Positions 12,603 through 25,267 are shown, numbered from the stretch's first letter. The stretch: DNA of 64,000 nucleotides from Eledone cirrhosa (GCA_964016885.1 OZ024758.1:32984001-33048000), one strand, 5' to 3'. Numbers and translations are program-made. The notes: a model not told the origin generated them from the sequence alone.

Positions 12603-14397
12603 GTCTAGCACATTAAGTAAGTGTCTTCTAACCATAGCTACAGATTGATCAAAGCCTTGTGAGTGTGAGTTAAGTTTCTTGGAAATTATGGAAATTATGT
12701 GAATGCTTGTTGGAGTAACTGATCATATTCTTGAGTGGTAGATTTAACTTGTTGCTTGGTTTAACTCTCCCACATGACCCTCAATTGTCTTTATCAGAGT
12801 CCACCTGTGTTCTTCCATAACTAGCCTACATAAGCCAGTTAAGGAAGAATACATTGATCGTTCATTTTGTTTAGAACTGTTTCAGCTCCACATGTGAAAA
12901 GAGGGTAATAGCTCTGAAATACCATGTTGAAATATACTGTCAATTATTTGTCATTATTTACCCTTTGTATTTTTCTACTGTGTTATACTGGCTTGATAAT
13001 TATCAGTCTTTTATTACATATCTCACAATGCTTCATATTACCTACAATATATATATATATATTGTTATACTTGGGGAGGGTCATATTGTTATAATATTGC
13101 CAGAAATAATAACAGAACACACTCAGTGTTTCATTGGTTTTCGCTTCTGTATCTTATATATCTCCATAGTTAATTTATTAGGCAACCAATGTTTATCATT
13201 GATTGATCAGCAGTTAAAAATACAGATATGAATATATATATATATATATAGTCTATCAAAGTTCTTTTGTTGCACATCTGCAACATCATCAGTGGTACTA
13301 TTGTTTCCTCCTATTGTATTGTAATGTCTACGCCATTTTTATTTTATTTATTTATTTATTTATTAAAGACAGGACTAACCTTCCCAGTGCGTCAATAGTA
13401 ACTAATAGGTGGAAACACAATCAAGATAAAATATCTACATATTGACATGGGACAGGAGAATTGCTACAATCAAATGCAACAGACATGTTCGTAAGGAGCG
13501 ATAAGAGGATCAGAGATTAATAGAAGTTAATTTGAGCAATGGCTTTGGAACTAATAAATATAATAGAGAAAGAGATGAAACTGGGTGAACTGACCAGTTT
13601 GGTGGTCAAATTACAAAATGATGAGAAAGAGGCTTGATGGTAAGACCAATGCAGTCCCTGCCCTCAAGAGGTGGTCTAAGATATCTGTGTTTGTGATATG
13701 TTATTGTCTGTCAGTAACTTCATGCCAATCAGACAAATGGCCTTTTTCTGGACATAATTTAGGATGTTTCCATATGTGGCATTCTGTTAATCTTCACCAT
13801 GCATGATAGAAAAAAAGATTTAAATATGTTAAATAAATAAATGTCAAAGAACATGTGAGAAATCCATTCTGGAAACTTTAATGGCTGCAAAATATAACAC
13901 TTATCTAAAGATAGAGATTTTTTTTCCCTAGTTTTCTTTTAATATATTCATAGCTAAAATTTAACTCCAATCGAGGACCGTCTCATTTCTGTTGGAAGAA
14001 CCCCTCCTTGGTTGACCTCCACTACTTTCTTTTTGGCTTTGGTCATGTCTTCAGGAGTGTAGCTGTACTTACCATCCTTGGACAATTATGGGTTTGTGAG
14101 GTTATTTAACCCATAGTTGGGGAAGATGGTCGTTGATGCTGAAGAGTTCATCCACCCTTTTCAACAGCTCTTGTTTTTTGTGCTGCTGGGGTGCCCCTTA
14201 CTCTCCTCACCAGACCAGGGTCTGGTGGGAGGGAAGCTGGTTTAGTAGCCAACCACTTGACCATGAAGAAGGTTGTACTGGGTTACATGGTACCAGTAGC
14301 AGGCATAATAGTAAACATTTAACTATAACTTGTAAAATAAGACCTATTCAAATTATAACATTATGACCTATGTTCAATATATAAATGCTTTCATCTG

Positions 14398-14775
14398 CAC
14401 ATAGCTAAGTGGTTAATGTGTTTGACTCATGAATGTAAAGTCATGAGTTTGATTAAAGCTGTGCATTGTGTCCTTGAGCAAGATACTTTATTGTTTAGCC
14501 TTATATCACTTTCCACATTATATAATATATTATATACAATACTTCAAGCATTTCATGTTTCAGCTGGCAAAAATGAGATATATCTGTAATTCAAAGGGCC
14601 ACAGTCTTGTCACACTCTCTGTCATGCTGAATCTCCCAGAGAACTACATTAAGAGTACACATGTATGTGAAATGCTCAGCCACTTACATTAGCTGCTAAT
14701 ATCATAAGCAGGTTGTTTGTTCTCTTGATCAAATCAACTGATATGCTCATTGTTGGAATCAATGGAAGTTCAATA
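14398..14775 (+). mobile_element. tRNA-derived SINE (CORE plus a longer conserved body)
   Basis: gtccttgagcaagatacttta..tgctgaatctcccagagaactacattaag. Reverse-orientation copy at 55127-55420. Confidence 0.65.
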
Positions 14776-14777
14776 GC

Positions 14778-15048
14778 AACAACACCAATGCCACCACCAC
14801 TACCACCACCAACAACATCATCATCATCACCACTGACAACACACCAACAACAAACACCAACACACAACCACCAACACCAACATCAACAACACCAACATCA
14901 ACAACACCACCACCAACACTACACCACCAACAACACCAACACCATCACCAACAACACAACCAACACCAACACCGCCAATACCACCACCAACACCAACACA
15001 ACCAACAACAACACCACACCACCACCAACACCACCACCATCATCATCA
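14778..15048. repeat. (CAA/CAC)n compound microsatellite
   Basis: Directly visible. Confidence 0.9.
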
Positions 15049-15913
15049 TATTTGCAACAGAGCACTAGAAAGCTTATCTATAGTATTTTAATAAGTTTCC
15101 ATATAACACAAGTAGAAATCTATTTAGTTCTCCATTGTGGCCAGAAATGTATTTGTTAAAAATACATTTTTGTTTTGTTTTACAATATTTGAAAAGCAGC
15201 AGGAGACAGATTCTGCAACCTATTATGGGCCTGACATTTAGAGAGAAAGGTTAGTTCTAATTGTACAAAACTTCTTGAGAAAATAAAGAGAGAGCAGAAG
15301 ATGGTAGAAAAGTGGGTGAGAGAAGGATAAAGGAAGAGAGAGGGTAAGAGAAAGAAATAGCAAGAAAAAAAGAGGGGTAAGAGAGAGAGGGGTAAGAGAG
15401 AGAGATGTTGAGATATTTCATAACATTAATACAAACCCTCAGTAATTGTATTATTTTATTACTAGTAAATATATTTCTGTATGACAGCTACTATCCTGAT
15501 TTCTTTTTAATAAGATGATGTGTAAGATGTAAAGTTGAAAAGCTGTAGCTAATCTCTACACAATCTTTGTCATTAAATTTCCTTTTAGGAAGATCAGTTT
15601 CCTGCTTTTCAAAATAAGATTAGTTAACTCCAAAATTTTCTTTAGGTGATTTTGAAAAATAAATCTCTCTCTCCCTTTCTACCCCCCCCCCCCCCACTCT
15701 CTTTTTTTCTCCTCCTCTCCCTCTCTCTTTCTTTCTCTCCCCCACCCTCCTTCTCTGACAAGATTTTTAGTTATGAGTAAACAGTTTGAAATGAACTGAC
15801 AGAAAATCTGACCTTTGGACAATTATGGTCAATTTGGTAACAATAATCTTCAATATTCCATTCAGGAAAAAATATGGCTTTAATGGCAAATGACCAAATT
15901 ATTTGAATCTGTT

Positions 15914-16220
15914 ATCACCACCATAGTTTTTAAGTCCATTTTTCCATGCTTGCATTGGTTAGACGGGTCCTTCTCAGCACAACATGTCTCCACTCACCGC
16001 ATTCCTTTGTCACCATCTCTGTGAGTCAGCTCTCACCACCTCTGCCCAGGTCTACCTTGGTCTACCTCTACTGAGGTCAGCTCTCACCACCTCTGCCCAG
16101 GTCTACCTTGGTCTACCTCTACTGCAGCTTCCTTCCAATGATATTTCCTGGCTCTTCATCACCCAGTGATAATCATCCATGCTCATTACATGTCTGTACC
16201 AGTGCAGTCCTGCACACCAC
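15914..16220 (-). mobile_element. RTE-type LINE 3' fragment, degraded, with ~50-bp internal duplication
   Basis: Homologous to 53363-53838 (ctcaccacctc.gcccag..ggtctacctctac). The duplicated segment lies at ~16023-16124. Confidence 0.7.
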
Positions 16221-16582
16221 TTTGTTAGTGTAAGATTAAATCCCTAACAAGTTATAACAACTACACCATTTCTACCATTTGAAGTATTTCTCAACAGCCT
16301 ATCTACTCTCTCCATTATTTACAACTCACATATTTTCATCACCACTGTAGTTGTGAAGGTGGTCTAATGATTGGGGTCATAAGGTTTCCCACACCAAATG
16401 ACATGCAGTGTCCATGAGCAAGTCACTATAGGAGGATCAGTTGAAAAGTCTGACTGTGAACAAGTCTTATTAAATAACTGCATCGTTTCTTTCCAGACAA
16501 AAATAAACCTCTTTTGGTTATTCCATGAGAGTATCTTGGTCAGCCTATCCAACTTATCAGCTGATTCTCATATGAGTGTATA

Positions 16583-16792
16583 CGAGGGTCGGCTAAAAAA
16601 TTCATAAGCTGACTATGAAGTAGTGATGCCGGAGCTGTGAAATCTGCATGCATTAATTTCAACTCTTACTAATAACTGCATTGTTTCTTTCCAGGGAATA
16701 TGTCGAAATATAAACCTCATTTGATTATTCCATGAGAGTATCTTGGTCAGCCTATGAACTTTTCAGCCAATAAACCTTTCAGCCGACCCTTG
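16583..16792 (+). mobile_element. mariner-like MITE, family M
   Basis: TA flanks and TIR CGAGGGTCGGCT..AGCCGACCCTTG. An additional partial copy lies just upstream (~16474-16575). Confidence 0.82.
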
Positions 16793-17489
16793 TATTTCAC
16801 ATTGATTCAATCTACTCATGCTTGAAAAAAATAGCTACAACGACACTAGTGCCAAACTATATCAGAATTTAACTTTTCCTCAAACAACATTGGTGGTATG
16901 GAAGGGGGTGTCTGGCATGTATGGGCAAATGCTGGACTTTTGCAAAACATCTTTCTCAAGCTTACATCTTAAGGAGGAACTTTCCAGGTGCTAACCTTAG
17001 GTCAGTCAGTAACCAAAATATACTATTCAACTTCTCATCCAATCAAATAATAAAGTTGACCCAATTTAGAATCGCAAAGGGAGACAACTGCATTCTCTGA
17101 TAATACTAGTAATAACATTATTATCTTCTCATACTCTTTGCAAAACATCAAGGTGAGGGTGGTGAGGTAAAACTGTAAATATATTACCCTCAAAGATAAT
17201 GAGGGAGAGGTAGTCCAACTCGTGGAATATGTCCTTGTGGATGGCAATCCCCATATAGTGATTGTATCAATAAGGAGACATTTCATGGACCCAGGGTGTT
17301 TCCATTACTATGGGTTTAATGATAAACTTTATTGGAGAGCAAGTAGTACTTTGACTGCTTATGATCTTCTTCAGTCTGTCAGGCAAAAGACTGTGTGTTT
17401 GATGCTGGGTTTGCTTCTGGAGAAGGTATTATTGTGGACACATCCTGGATGTGTACAGGAAGATTGTGATGCCAAGAGAAGAAGGCGAA

Positions 17490-17715
17490 AAAGGGAAAAA
17501 GTGCACTGCACAGGTTTCCTTGGAAGGACACATGTTTCAGTTTTCATAGCACTGATTTCCATTCCTGCCATGTAGCACTCAGCAGCAAACCTATCAAGTG
17601 CATGTCAGATATCACCTTTCGATAACTAAAGTAGTACTACTATGTTGTCTGCAAACTCCAGACAACTGATCCTACACCCAACAGTCTTGATACCACTTCC
17701 AACAAGGCTGTGCAA
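17490..17715 (-). pseudogene. LINE reverse transcriptase fragment (RTE-like), with stops
   Basis: Manual translation gives GIKTVGCRISCLEFADNIVVLL*LSKGDI*HALDRFAAECYMAGMEISAMKTETCVLPRKP. FADN is a decayed (Y/F)ADD motif. Confidence 0.75.
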
Positions 17716-17938
17716 GTCAATGAAGAAGGAGGAGGAGGGGGAAGGGGGGGGGGTTTAAGAAGAGGAACCATTGGTTGTAGAAATAGTGTCTGTAGCTATA
17801 GAATTTAATGATACATTTTATCAGAAATTTGGTTTAAAAGAGGTTATAATTAAGCTTTTATTAAATATATATCTTCATTATATTGCCATAGTTGACCTTC
17901 ACATATATATATATCCTCATTATATTGCCATAGTTGAC

Positions 17939-17970
<32 letters not shown>

Positions 17971-18230
17971 CCATCCCCACCACCTTCTTAAACCAACACA
18001 CCAACCAAAATTGAAATCGTAGAAAACTTTTCCAGCAAAAAAAAAAAAAAAAATAGAATAGTATAAGCATTGATTAGAAGTAAATACACCATAGAACCTT
18101 TAACCCTTCTCAGATGATATTTTTAATAGAATATTACTGTAGTTCAATTAATTAAAAAAGAAGAATTTAGAGATTTACTAAAATTATTAATAATTTCATT
18201 ATTAAGATGGTATTAATATCAATAGTTGAT

Positions 18231-18675
18231 AAGGCGGCCAATTGACAGAGTCGTTAGAATGTCAGATAGAATGCCTTGCGGTTTTCCTTCTGGCTCTCTG
18301 AGTTCAAATCCCACCGAGGTCAACTTTGCCTTTCATCTCTTCAAGGTCAATAAAAAAAGTACCAGTCAAGTACTGGGGTCGATTCTTCCTCTATATCTCT
18401 TTTTAACTTCCATTCTCTCACTCTCTATCCTTCTCTGGAAGAAATCTACTGTACTCAGACCTGAGGAGGAGATGGGCTCAGCCATGTTTAAAATGCCCAA
18501 GAAATGCTGTATGTCAATATGTTGCCCCTACCACTCCCTCGGGAGTTACGGGACCTTACCATACCAATATCTTGATAGGCCAGGTGAGGAATGGGGTCTA
18601 CCAAGTTTAAAATGTCCAAGAAATGCTGTCAATACTACTGCCCTACAACTCTCTCAGAAGTTACAGGACCAACCA
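18231..18675 (+). mobile_element. SINE family B (family A head and central domain, different 3' body; 3' body duplicated here)
   Basis: gagttcaaatcccaccgaggtcaactttgcctttcat.. followed by ctctggaagaaatctactgtactcag.. Copies at 21590-21870, 41350-41620 and 57925-58200. Confidence 0.75.
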
Positions 18676-19011
18676 ATAACAATAGTTTATATATAAACTA
18701 GCTGTTTAACCCGGTTTTACTCGGGAGATTTGGTTCACTGATAACAATTCAACTTCTTTTCTCCACCAAGAAACCAACAAAAATCACAAAAAGGGAACAC
18801 GAAAAACAAAAAATATTAAGAATAACAAACCAAAATCCTAATAAATTTACTGTCAAATAAGGTTGAAAACAGAAATATGAAAACCCCCAAAAAATTAAAA
18901 AAAATTGAAATCCAAAAAGACAAAACACAAACAAAGACAAACATAAAAATCAACCAAATTAATAATCACAAACTTATGTGCATTTATTTGCCTTGCAATT
19001 AAAATGGGGAT

Positions 19012-19357
19012 GGCACAGAAGCGAAGATCGACATTAAGTCAAACCATATATGGCACGGAAAAGAGGCTGGCACAGAAGCGAAGATCGACATGAAGTCAAA
19101 CCATATATGGCACGGAAAAGAGGCTGGCACAGAAGCGAAGATCGACATGAAGTTGAACCATGCATGGCATGGAAAAGAGGCTGGCACAGAAGCGAAGATC
19201 GACATGAAGTCGAACCATATATGGCATGGAAAAGAGGCTGGCACAGAAGCGAAGATCGACACGAAGTCAAACCGTGCATGGCACGGAAAAGAGGCTGGCA
19301 CAGAAGCGAAGATCGACATGAAGTCGAACCATATATGGCACGGAAAAGAGGCTGGCA
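19012..19357. repeat. 57-bp tandem repeat, ~6 copies, immediately 3' of the helicase stop
   Basis: Unit ggcacagaagcgaagatcgacatgaagtcaaaccatatatggcacggaaaagaggct; 19-aa periodicity in the ORF track. Confidence 0.92.
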
Positions 19358-19370
19358 ATGAAGAGCGTTA

Positions 19371-19925
19371 TCATTGTAGAGCCTCTTGGTAGACAACATT
19401 CTTAACTTCTCTTTTTGTTGAGTGAATGAAGAGTCCCTGCGGACTTCCTACTCGGGAACATCCAATGTACAGTTGGCCATGTGAGAATACCTGTTCAATC
19501 AGATTCAGTCCACCCACTTGCATCGATTGTCCCTGTGCCTTGTTGATGGTCGTGGCAAAGCTGAGTTTGATGGGATATTGCAACCGCGTAAATTCATTGA
19601 CGACGTCAGATGGACTGAGTTGTACTGGAGGAGTTAGAACGTCTGTGCCAGCAGCTGGTCCATTCAAGATTGTCGCAACCAGAATTTTGGACTTTAACGA
19701 TTTGATGATCATTCGTGTTCCGTTGAACATTGTTGGAGAGTCCAAGTTCCTTAGCATCGTAACCGGCGCACCAACTTTTAGCTGCAGGTCGTGAGGCGGA
19801 AGTCCAGGAGGTGTTTGACTGTTGAGGAATTCAATGGTAAACATTGTGGCATCCTCAGCATTTTTGTTGGTGTCAATAGACTTAAATGAAGCTGTATTCC
19901 CTGGAAGTAGATCGAGGAGCTTTAT
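19371..19925 (-). pseudogene. Helitron Rep-Hel C-terminal PIF1-like (SF1B) helicase fragment, 5'-truncated
   Basis: Motifs EFLNSQTPPGLPPHDLQLKVGAPVTMLRNL, NGTR, RLQYPIKLSFATTINKAQGQS and VFSHGQLYIGCSRV. The frame extends upstream of the ATG (KLLDLLPGNTASFKSIDT). No Walker A/B or Rep domain is present. Confidence 0.9.
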
Positions 19926-20684
19926 TAATTTGAATGTGTTGTTTATGCAGTAGAAGTCTGCTTAGAACGCGCAAAACATCAAATCTCGTAATCGAGCGTT
20001 CACGATACTGATGTGACGTTGAAAGTCGGCCTTCCCTTTGGCTAGCCGTTTCATGGGAAATTCCTGTTTCATAAATTTTCTCTGAAACCATGGAAGCTTG
20101 TAGCTTGAAAGTCGACCCAACGCCTCCTCGGGTCATTCTGCATAACTGTGTAAATTTTTGCTGCATTCCACCAAGCCGTTTCGATGTTTATCCGACTACA
20201 CCTACATATACAACGTCAGACCACTTCCAATTTATATAGTAGATATATGCTGGAAGGTTTTAAATATAAACCTTCAAGGTTGGGTGGTTTCAATTTCATA
20301 AAATAAGAAATGATTTGATGTGAATTGGTATGAAAAGAGTTAAATAGCTGAAACTTATAAGTATATGTTATCCTAAATAATATAACACACACAGACACGC
20401 ACACATAGACGCACGCGCATGCACAAGCAAGCAGAGAGAGAGAACCACAGACACAATTCTTGCTAGATTTAAACTTTATTCTTATGGTTTTCTGATGCAT
20501 ACTTTGAAATGTTCATAATTATATTAAAACCTTCCATCATAATTTTATTTAAGAAATGTTTAAGTTTGGCTCTATGTACAATGATGCCTCTGGGATCACT
20601 GACCTAGGTGACCTCAGTCCCATCGAGCAAGAGCGAAAGAAGAAAAATTTTTAAGTAATGTTCTAAACATCTGCTTAATGATAG

Positions 20685-20865
20685 TTTCTGATTTTGGCAC
20701 AAGGCCAACAATTTTAGGGGAGGAGAAAGTTGATTAAATTGACCCCAATGCATTACTGGTGTTATATTTTATCGACTCCAGCTAACCATGACGAGATTTG
20801 AACTCAGACACTAAAGGGCCATATATCTATGCTGCAAAGCAAGGTGTCCAACGCTCTACTGCTCT
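20685..20865 (-). mobile_element. SINE family A
   Basis: Matches the family consensus. Confidence 0.75.
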
Positions 20866-21376
20866 TGAAAACATCAGTGTAATAATGAGAAAGTTATTGT
20901 TATTAAATTGCTCTAAATTGACAGTGTCTTTCGGTGGAAATATGATAACAAAAGGTTTAATGACCATTTTGTAAAACAGTATGAAAGCAGTCATTGTGCA
21001 GTATTTGTTAATGTTGGCCTCCATGAAATAACTTTACAGGAGAGAACTTATTTAATAAATTTGAGATTGTATTCTAAAGAATGTAAATATTTGTGATTAA
21101 AATATCGTTTCATTCAGCACAGACAGAATAAGTTGGATTAAAAATAAATTGAAGCAATGAAATTTAAGTCGCTTGATATCTATAGTGGCTTCATATCTGT
21201 AGCAGATATTAAAGCAAATAAGAAAAACAGAAATAGTTTTCAACTTGTTATGTCAACAGTAGATTAATATTAACTGAAAATATTTGTCAAGTCTTCATAA
21301 CACTATGTAAAATAAACAGTTTTTTTAGAACAAATTATTCATTCAACTGATTGAAGGCTGCATGTGAATCATATAC

Positions 21377-21567
21377 GCATTTACATTACTCTATATTTAT
21401 TATTATATTTTCACAGTAAGGGCTTTACCTCACATAATATTGAATCTATGAGATTTTGATATTATTTATTTTGAGAAGAATACCTTAACATAAGTTTGAG
21501 CAGCTGGTTTGAACAGAAAGAAATGAGAGAATTCTGGCCGGATATGGCCGGTTTAGATGCTAAAGGG
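21377..21567. mobile_element. piggyBac-like MITE P1, left TIR truncated
   Basis: Ends in GCTAAAGGG|TTAA with a homologous interior. Confidence 0.78.
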
Positions 21568-21589
21568 TTAAAGTAATTCCTTACAACTA

Positions 21590-21870
21590 TGGATCTGTAA
21601 CTACTGGTAACATCGTAAGGACATTGTGGTGATATATGGCATGCCCTGTATATCTTAAACCTGTTGGGCCCACCCCCTCTCTAGGTCTAAACACATAGAA
21701 GGATAGTGACAGAAGGGAAGAATCAACCCCAGTACTGGACTGGTACTTATTTTTTTTAGTGACCTCAAAAGGATGAAAGATAAAGTTAACCTTGGTGTAA
21801 TTTGAACTTAGCACAGATAGCCAGAATGAATACTGCAAAGCATTCTACCAGACATTGTAACAACTCTACT
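21590..21870 (-). mobile_element. SINE family B, degraded
   Basis: Reverse-complement match to 18231-18560. Confidence 0.6.
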
Positions 21871-22086
21871 ATTTACTTCCTCCCTTAAAGACTTACACAA
21901 AATCATTATGTACAGTGAAGTAAAATAACAATAACTGTAAACCATCACAAAAATGTTTATCAATTTTGATAGCAAAAGGATTTTTTCTAATACAATATAG
22001 ATCACATGATATGTCTATCTTTATTTCAAAGTCAGCCAATATGTCATCTACAGAATAAAGCTGATATTTCTAGCTAGAATTAGCAT

Positions 22087-22090
<4 letters not shown>

Positions 22091-22145
<55 letters not shown>

Positions 22146-22270
22146 TCTATATATAAGTATAAAGGATGTGCTCAAATGAAGAGATGCTATAAAGATAGCT
22201 TATAAAATAGGGTGAAGATCCTTAAAAAACAGAAAAAAGAAGTTGCCATCGGCCCTTATACTTCATATAT

Positions 22271-22320
<50 letters not shown>

Positions 22321-22360
22321 CACACACATATATATATATACACACACACACACATACATA

Positions 22361-22402
<42 letters not shown>

Positions 22403-22436
22403 CACACACATATATATATATACACACACACACATA

Positions 22437-22508
<72 letters not shown>

Positions 22509-22517
22509 CACACACAC

Positions 22518-22552
<35 letters not shown>

Positions 22553-22578
22553 TATATATATATACACACACACACACA
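22091..22578. repeat. (TA)n and compound (TA)n(CA)n microsatellites
   Basis: Directly visible at 22091-22141 and 22266-22578. Confidence 0.92.
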
Positions 22579-22779
22579 TTTCATCATCATCATTTAACAT
22601 CCATTTTCCCTGCTAGCATGGGCAGGACAGGCTGTCCCTTTGTGAGAGATCAGGTTGGAGGACCATGTTTCGCTGGCACAGGACTGATGCCCTCATACCA
22701 ACCAGACTTACAGTGTGTACTGGCTGCTTTTTGTCTCTCAGCACTTAAAAGCTGATAATTTGGCTTTGTTCATTGTTTG

Positions 22780-22985
22780 TTGCACAAGGCCAGCAATTTA
22801 AAGGGAAGAGGAAAGTCGGTTAAATTAACCCCAGTACATTACTGGTACTTTATTTTATTGACCCCTGTAAGGATGAAAAGCAAAGCTAACCTTGTCAGGA
22901 TTTGAACTCAGAACGCAAAGGGCCATAACACTATGCCATGAAGCATGATATCCAATGCTCTACCGATTCTGCCAATCCATTGCTC
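22780..22985 (-). mobile_element. SINE family A
   Basis: Matches the family consensus. Confidence 0.8.
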
Positions 22986-23816
22986 TTATGATTGTTAAAA
23001 TTAATACAAAAGAAAATGTTAAATGCATGTTTGCTTAATTATTTATTATTATCCTTTCCTGTTTTGTTTTGTTTAATGTGTTGTTTTTCATGCTGCTAAG
23101 AGCTCTTGCCTGCTTTAGATAGTATATCTAAATACACAACATAATCCTGTGCAAACATCTCACCAGGTAACACCTACAACCAGCTTTCTCCTACTTTCAA
23201 ACTTAAAATTGCAGCAATAAACATTTTTTCTCCATGAATCATTTTTTTTTTTAAATAAGTTAATCTGAGAAAGATGATCATAAATTATAGAGACCTCAAA
23301 AGCTAGAAGATTAGAAAGATTGGGTCAGTAAAACGTCAGTGATATTTTTATATTTCTGTAGGGTATTAGTTAGAGAGAAAATCAAAGAATTATCTTCTAT
23401 CACACACAATAGAGATCTGAAGCTCTTTACAACTTTGGTAAAAGTAAAAATGTCATTGACCTCATAGTCATCAGATGTATAGGATATGAAAAAATTGTTT
23501 GGCAAAGCTGCCTGTTTACCAACTAGATTGGAGACTCTGCATGCCACCAATGTTCCAACCATCATACTATCAACATGTGTGTTTTGAAACTAAATTAGAT
23601 TAATAATTCAGAAAGCCTATAAAGGCCATGGGCACTGCCCTTCTTCAAGACTTGCTGAAATGATTAAAAAGAATAAACTCACTTTAAAACTTCATACACT
23701 GGACTTATTCACATGCAACCTGAATACCTCCTGTTAACACATCCTACATTGAGAACTTAATAGCTAAATATCATTCAACGCACCCACAACCCTACATTCT
23801 CACTAACTCTTGAATA

Positions 23817-24050
23817 TCTTTATATATATATAAAAGTGAGGATGTGTGTGTGTGTGTGTGTATGTGGACAACTTTGGACACCTAAGGTTTTTACAATTCC
23901 CAACCCAATTTGACCAAATTTTCTGCGCACGTTGCACCTGTCGCAAAGATGGTCACATCACAAACATTTTTCAAATCGACCCACATTGAGCAATATAAAA
24001 ACGATAGCAAAATTATCTATATATATATAAAAGCGAGGATGTGTGTGTAC
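23817..24050 (+). mobile_element. two tandem Helitron 5' ends (23817 and 24016) of the 25268-25780 family
   Basis: TC(T/A)TATATATATAAAAG(T/C)GAGGATGTGTG occurs twice. The first ~200 bp is near-identical to 25268-25462. Confidence 0.8.
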
Positions 24051-24109
24051 AGAGTATGAAAGACCACGGGCGTCAGAATCAGTGGTAGAGGGGACACTGA
24101 GAGAGTGAG

Positions 24110-25160
24110 ATAGCGAGAGAGAGAGAGAGAGAGAGGAGATATGTTACAGAGAGAGAGGAGATATGTTACAGAGAGAGAGGAGATATGTTACAGAGAGAGA
24201 GGAGATATGGTACAGGGAGAGAGGGAGAGAGAGAGGAGATATGGTACAGGGAGAGAGGGAGAGAGAGAGATATGGTACAGGGAGAGAGGGAGAGAGAGGA
24301 GATATGGTATAAAGAGAGTGAGAGAGGGGAGATATGGTATAAAGAGAGTGAGAGAGGGGAGATATGGTATAAAGAGAGTGAGAGAGGGGAGATATGGTAT
24401 AAAGAGAGTGAGAGAGGGGAGATATGGTACAGGGAGAGAGGGAGAGGGGAGATATGGTACAGGGAGAGAGGGAGAGGGGAGATATGGTACAGGGAGAGAG
24501 GGAGAGGGGAGATATGGTACAGGGAGAGAGGGAGAGGGGAGATATGGTACAGGGAGCGAGGGAGAGGGGAGATATGGTACAGGGAGCGAGGGAGAGGGGA
24601 GATATGGTACAGGGAGAGAGGGAGAGAGAAGATATGGTACAGAGAGAGAGAGGGAGAGAGAAGATATGGTACAGAGAGACAGAGGGAGAGATAGGAGATA
24701 TGGTACAGAGAGAGAGAAAGGGGCAGATATGATACAAAGAGAGAGAGAGTGAGAGAGAGAGAGAGAGTGAGAGAGAGTGAGAGGGAGTGAGAGAGAGAGA
24801 GCGAGAGAAGAGATATGGTATAAAAAGAGACAGAGAGGGAGATGAGATACAAAGAGAGCGAAAGAGGGAGATATAATACAAAGAGAGAAAGAAAGAGAGG
24901 AGTGATACAAAAGAGTGAGAGCGGAAAGCCATAATTAATGGGGGGGGGGGTGAAATATAAAGAGAGGGAAAAGAGACAGAGAGAGAAAGAGAAAGAGAGG
25001 AGAAATGACACAAACAGAGAGAGATGGGAAAAATAAGATATAAAAAGAGAGAAAGAGAGAGAAAATAACAGAAAGAAAGAGACGGAGTAAGTAAGAGTGG
25101 CGGAAAGAGGTAGGAAGATACGTTGAAGGGGAGGAGAAAAAAGTAGAGGAGTGAGGAGAT
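24110..25160. repeat. GA-rich minisatellite (22-bp then 30-bp units, gagatatggtacagggagagagggagaggg) decaying into a purine tract
   Basis: Directly visible; 10-aa periodicity in the ORF track. Confidence 0.9.
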
Positions 25161-25267
25161 GAAAAAATTATGGAAGCCAGTTAGGACAAGTAATTGTGTA
25201 CTGTATACAAATCTGGGTTGAAAAGTTCTTTGGCTGACTATGAAGGAGTGATGCTAGAGCTGCGAAA

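Larger units (their letters stand above)
11224..12670 (+). mobile_element. tRNA-derived SINE split by a hAT-like MITE insertion
   Basis: Head at 11224-11294 (ggcatagctatgtagttaagaagtttgc..) resumes at 12611 (..aagtgtcttcta..caaagccttgtgagtg). Confidence 0.6.
18698..20243 (-). mobile_element. non-autonomous Helitron carrying a PIF1 helicase C-terminus and a 57-bp array
   Basis: On the minus strand the 5' end is A|TCTACTATATAAATTGG at 20243. The 3' end is hairpin CCCGAGTAAAACCGGG plus CTAG|T at 18698. Confidence 0.9.

Noticed and set aside
13970-14345. Minus-strand GTAAGT donor at ~14071 in a GC-richer patch
   Set aside because: There is no clear matching acceptor or frame, and the surrounding sequence looks like decayed retroelement UTR.
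14713-15159. Pro/Gln/His/Thr-rich ORF resembling a transcription-factor low-complexity region
   Set aside because: It is a SINE tail running into a (CAA/CAC)n microsatellite, with no ATG start or convincing splice context.
18999-19399. Four overlapping repeat-protein ORFs, or a CRISPR-like 57-bp array
   Set aside because: These are head-to-tail repeats without spacers. The frames stay open because the unit is a multiple of 3 and lacks stops.
22212-25013. YIHT-, CVYI- and ERERG-type ORFs
   Set aside because: These are translations of (TA)(CA) microsatellites and the GA minisatellite.
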